This document shows positions 61,086-64,000 of a stretch of 64,000 nucleotides of DNA, piece after piece (position 1 is the stretch's first letter; each line of letters opens with the position of its first letter). Under the pieces are notes generated by a model, which saw only the letters and a list, made by a program, of their open reading frames with translations, was not told the DNA's origin and ran no database searches. The position numbers were made by a program, and so were the translations under genes. The stretch is taken from sequence record NZ_CP069398.1; one strand, written 5' to 3'. This stretch comes from a plasmid.

Positions 61086-62645
61086 GTGAATTAATTTCAT
61101 AACTCGCAGCCCTTACGTGCCAAGGGTTTTGAGAACATAAAAAGGGAGTACCTCCCCAAATTCTTGTATAATGTAGTGACCAAACAAAAAACAAGGATGG
61201 AGGTTGACTCCCTATGCCTATTATAAGACAAGAAAGTCTGTTTGACATGAAAGATTTATATGAATTAGAACCAACCAAGCGATTTGAGGCGATTTTTTCG
61301 ACGCTACATATTGAACCGTTGTTATTTGCGGTGTCTAAGAAAACGGTGTATGGTGCGCCGGCTGAACTTAATTATCCAGCCATGATTTATGCCCTTGTTG
61401 CGCGTATTGTGGAACGAATTCCAACGATTAAAGATCTTGTTAGACGGTTACGACATGATTTTATGTTCCATCTCGAGTGTGGATTTCTGTTTTCTGATCG
61501 TATCCCTTCAGAGGCTTCCTTTTCTCGGTTTACCCAGAAGCTAAGTGAGTCAAATGCATTAGAAACCGTTCAAGAAGCTTTGCTTCTTCAAGCCATTCAA
61601 GAAGATTTTATTCACGATGATGTTGTCTCGATCGATGCCACACATGTTGAGTCTCGTGATCGATCTACTCCACAAGTAAAGAAGTCAAAACCACAGCCGA
61701 AAAAGCGTGGCCGGAAACCAAAAAAGGAACAAGTAGCCTATCAAAAAGAAAAACAAAAACAAGAAGAGAAAAAAACGATCTACGAGAAAGCCATTGAACA
61801 TCAACTAGACATTGATCTTGAAACCTTACGGACAGCTATACCTTTACAGCCAACCTGGGGTATCAAGAAAAATAGTGAAGGAAAAAATACCTTTTGGTTT
61901 GGATTTAAAATCCATTTGGCAGTTGGCTCGAAGAGCCAATATATTCTTCAATCCCTCGTATCTTCAGCCAGTTTAAATGATGGAAAAGCCGCCATTCCTC
62001 TGTTAAAGGGTGTACAAGAACGGCTTACTTCATTGAACATTCAATATGGTACGCTAGATGCGGGATATGATTACGAAGCCATTTATACACAGCTGTACCG
62101 TATGGAAGCCAAAGCAATCATTGCCTATAATAAGCGAAACGAAGGAGAACTACTTGGATTTGATGAGCACTTCGCTCCTACTTGTGTACGAGAGCATTCC
62201 TATCGTTACGACAGCTTTGACGAGAGGTATAGAACGCTAAAATACACACAACCAAGCGAATGCAAAACTTGCCCATTAGTCCATGATTCTCTTTGTCAAA
62301 AAGTCTATAAAATCAAGATGGAAACAGACATTCGTAAATACAGTGCCCCTGGTCGTGGATCAGAAGCATGGAAAAAGCTTTATAATCAGAGAGGTGCCGT
62401 AGAACGAGTCAATGCTTATTTAAAAGAATTCTTTCAGTTAAAAAATGTCCGATATCGATCTGGAAAACGCGCAAAAATTCATTTCGATCTTGTGACGCTT
62501 GTTTATAATGCTTCAAAATTGGCGGTAGACCGAATCAATCGACAAATGAAAGAGAAAAACTTGGTTTCTTAACTTTTAAAAAATGTGTACGACCAAAATT
62601 CTGCCAAAGCAACTCTAGAAAAGAAACAATTATGAAATTGATTCA
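61086..62645 (+). mobile_element. IS1182/IS5-superfamily-like insertion sequence, copy 1
   Basis: Imperfect terminal IRs TGAATTAATTTCATAACTCG (left) / CAATTATGAAATTGATTCA (right, revcomp TGAATCAATTTCATAATTG); single transposase gene. Confidence 0.6.
61214..62572 (+). CDS. DDE transposase (IS1182/IS5 superfamily-like)
   Basis: 452 aa; InsH-like N-terminal domain; DDE-region VSIDATHVESRD; basic linker KKSKPQPKKRGRKPKK. Confidence 0.6.
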   Translation: MPIIRQESLFDMKDLYELEPTKRFEAIFSTLHIEPLLFAVSKKTVYGAPAELNYPAMIYALVARIVERIPTIKDLVRRLRHDFMFHLECGFLFSDRIPSEASFSRFTQKLSESNALETVQEALLLQAIQEDFIHDDVVSIDATHVESRDRSTPQVKKSKPQPKKRGRKPKKEQVAYQKEKQKQEEKKTIYEKAIEHQLDIDLETLRTAIPLQPTWGIKKNSEGKNTFWFGFKIHLAVGSKSQYILQSLVSSASLNDGKAAIPLLKGVQERLTSLNIQYGTLDAGYDYEAIYTQLYRMEAKAIIAYNKRNEGELLGFDEHFAPTCVREHSYRYDSFDERYRTLKYTQPSECKTCPLVHDSLCQKVYKIKMETDIRKYSAPGRGSEAWKKLYNQRGAVERVNAYLKEFFQLKNVRYRSGKRAKIHFDLVTLVYNASKLAVDRINRQMKEKNLVS

Positions 62646-62785
62646 CGTAGATATTTTTTTCTTTTACTTGTTCTTTTTATTTATTATAAAGATCCTATTG
62701 AGTAGGCTAACAGAAGGCTAATTTTATGCAAATAAATGAAACTTGTACATATTATAAATATCTTAAATAATAGGAGGAATGGTTA

Positions 62786-63106
62786 ATGATTATTGTTACA
62801 ACAGAAAATGTTCCAAACTATAAAACAGTAGAAGTAAAGGGTCCTGTATTTGGATTAACTGTACGAGCAAGAGGGATTGGTAATGATATTCTTGCAGGAT
62901 TAAAGGGACTCATTGGTGGCGAAATTAGTCAATATACAGAAATGCTTGAGGATGCAAGGAAGCATGCGTTAGACCGTATGGTGAAAAATGCCCAAATGAT
63001 GGGTGCCAATGCAATAATTATGATGCGCTTTGATTCCGGTGAAATCGGCAACAACATGAGTGAAATCGTGGCATATGGAACTGCAGTTATTGTAGAAGAG
63101 ATGTAA
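62786..63106 (+). CDS. YbjQ/UPF0145 (DUF74) family protein
   Basis: MIIVTTENVPNYK...GIGNDILAGLKGLIGGE...ANAIIMMRFD near-canonical YbjQ family sequence. Confidence 0.7.
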   Translation: MIIVTTENVPNYKTVEVKGPVFGLTVRARGIGNDILAGLKGLIGGEISQYTEMLEDARKHALDRMVKNAQMMGANAIIMMRFDSGEIGNNMSEIVAYGTAVIVEEM

Positions 63107-63108
63107 AA

Positions 63109-63339
63109 ATGGTGAATTTAATGATTATTTATTATGTAGTGATGAGTGTTGGTATCTTGATTTTAGCTATATTATCATGGCTTATTTGGGATAAACGCTT
63201 TCGAAATCGACATGGCCAGGATGTACCGAATGGATTTATCCGCACAGATGAAGTTACACTTGATCCAACGACAAACAAAAAATTGCGTGTATACTACAAT
63301 CATCATACGGGAGACCGGTTTTATAAGGAAGAAAAATGA
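63109..63339 (+). CDS. small membrane protein
   Basis: 76 aa; one TM. Confidence 0.3.
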   Translation: MVNLMIIYYVVMSVGILILAILSWLIWDKRFRNRHGQDVPNGFIRTDEVTLDPTTNKKLRVYYNHHTGDRFYKEEK

Positions 63340-63462
63340 ACTTTATTTCTACTTTACATAATCACCATTATCGGCACTCTTATTATGATTTTGATAAAAT
63401 TCGATCCACCTACAATGTTATAAAAAGATTCTTACAAAGATAGAAAAAATATGGATAAGTAG

Positions 63463-63708
63463 GTGGTAGCGATGGATAACAAAAGAAAATATTTCAAATA
63501 CAATGAACAAGATATTCTTGAGATACTGTCTGAGTACCTTCATACAAACTCTAATTCCGAAACTATAAGCTCAAAAGCAATATTACTTGGTGAAACTGCG
63601 AAAGATTTAAGATTAGTTGCAGTTGTAGGCGATGGTGAAGATGAAGAGCTTTATGAAACTGATTTAGAGGAAATCGATAAGAAAATAGATTTTAATGGTT
63701 CACATTAA
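63463..63708 (+). CDS. hypothetical acidic protein
   Basis: 81-aa ORF. Confidence 0.3.
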   Translation: MVAMDNKRKYFKYNEQDILEILSEYLHTNSNSETISSKAILLGETAKDLRLVAVVGDGEDEELYETDLEEIDKKIDFNGSH

Positions 63709-63827
63709 AAATACACTCTAGTTAACATAATGTCTCTTAAAGGAACCAAACAAGCAGAAGAACCCTTGGGGAAGTATACTTAATTAGAAAAATGTAGTCT
63801 TTATAAAAAAATATTTTATTATTTATT

Positions 63828-64000
63828 TGAATCAATTTCATAATTGTTTCTTTTCTAGAGTTGCTTTGGCAGAATTTTGGTCGTACACATTTTTTAAAAG
63901 TTAAGAAACCAAGTTTTTCTCTTTCATTTGTCGATTGATTCGGTCTACCGCCAATTTTGAAGCATTATAAACAAGCGTCACAAGATCGAAATGAATTTTT
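63828..64000 (-). mobile_element. second copy of the IS1182-like element (inverted orientation, truncated by window end)
   Basis: 63843-64000 is the reverse complement of 62473-62630; same terminal IR TGAATCAATTTCATAATTG at 63828. Confidence 0.75.

Noticed and set aside
1-64000. Search for CRISPR arrays, rRNA and tRNA genes
   Set aside because: No spaced direct-repeat arrays and no tRNA-like cloverleaf or rRNA-conserved segments noticed by eye

Overview
The window reads as a low-GC Firmicutes (Bacillus or Priestia-like) conjugative plasmid or a chromosomal island; the sequence alone does not distinguish the two. From 0.7 to 11.9 kb the minus strand carries a Gram-positive type IV secretion/conjugation module: a VirD4/TraG-type coupling protein, a VirB6-like polytopic membrane protein, a CwlT-like bifunctional muramidase/NlpC-P60 hydrolase, a VirB4-type ATPase and several small membrane proteins. 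At 12.3-18.5 kb lie a replication initiator with four palindromic iterons inside its own reading frame, an HTH regulator preceded by AACTTAAG-type repeats, and a MobA/MobL relaxase with a putative oriT. An AbrB paralog and a creatininase-family gene follow. Two copies of one group II intron sit at 20.9-25.9 kb and 27.9-30.3 kb. The first copy is a twintron: a second, unrelated group II intron with an HNH-bearing maturase gene is inserted precisely inside the outer intron's maturase ORF. The inner maturase gene is itself split by a 20-nt tandem duplication. Between the intron copies are a cytidine/blasticidin-deaminase-fold protein, a P-loop nucleoside-kinase-like protein and a SipP-like type I signal peptidase. 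At 30.3-35.5 kb are a lipoprotein, CcdA and a run of small secreted or membrane proteins. At 36-40.8 kb is a detoxification-type island with two VOC/glyoxalase, one HIT, three GNAT and two DJ-1/PfpI genes. The main finding is a 7.8-kb Tn3-family transposon at 41644..49430 with 41-bp terminal inverted repeats, TnpA and a TnpI-like tyrosine recombinase. It has interrupted an IS21 istA gene. Its four-gene cargo operon encodes an NDT/MilB-like N-glycosidase, a thymidylate-synthase-like pyrimidine hydroxymethylase, a SAM methyltransferase and a HAD-NUDIX fusion. This gene set matches the known bacimethrin (thiamine antimetabolite) pathway, with a candidate self-immunity hydrolase attached. Downstream are msmX, an MFS efflux pump, an HU paralog, general stress proteins, an IS110 element, a flavodoxin-like reductase, an alpha/beta SASP, a SigH-like sigma factor, and two inverted copies of an IS1182-like element flanking a ybjQ-family gene. 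No CRISPR array, rRNA or tRNA gene was seen.
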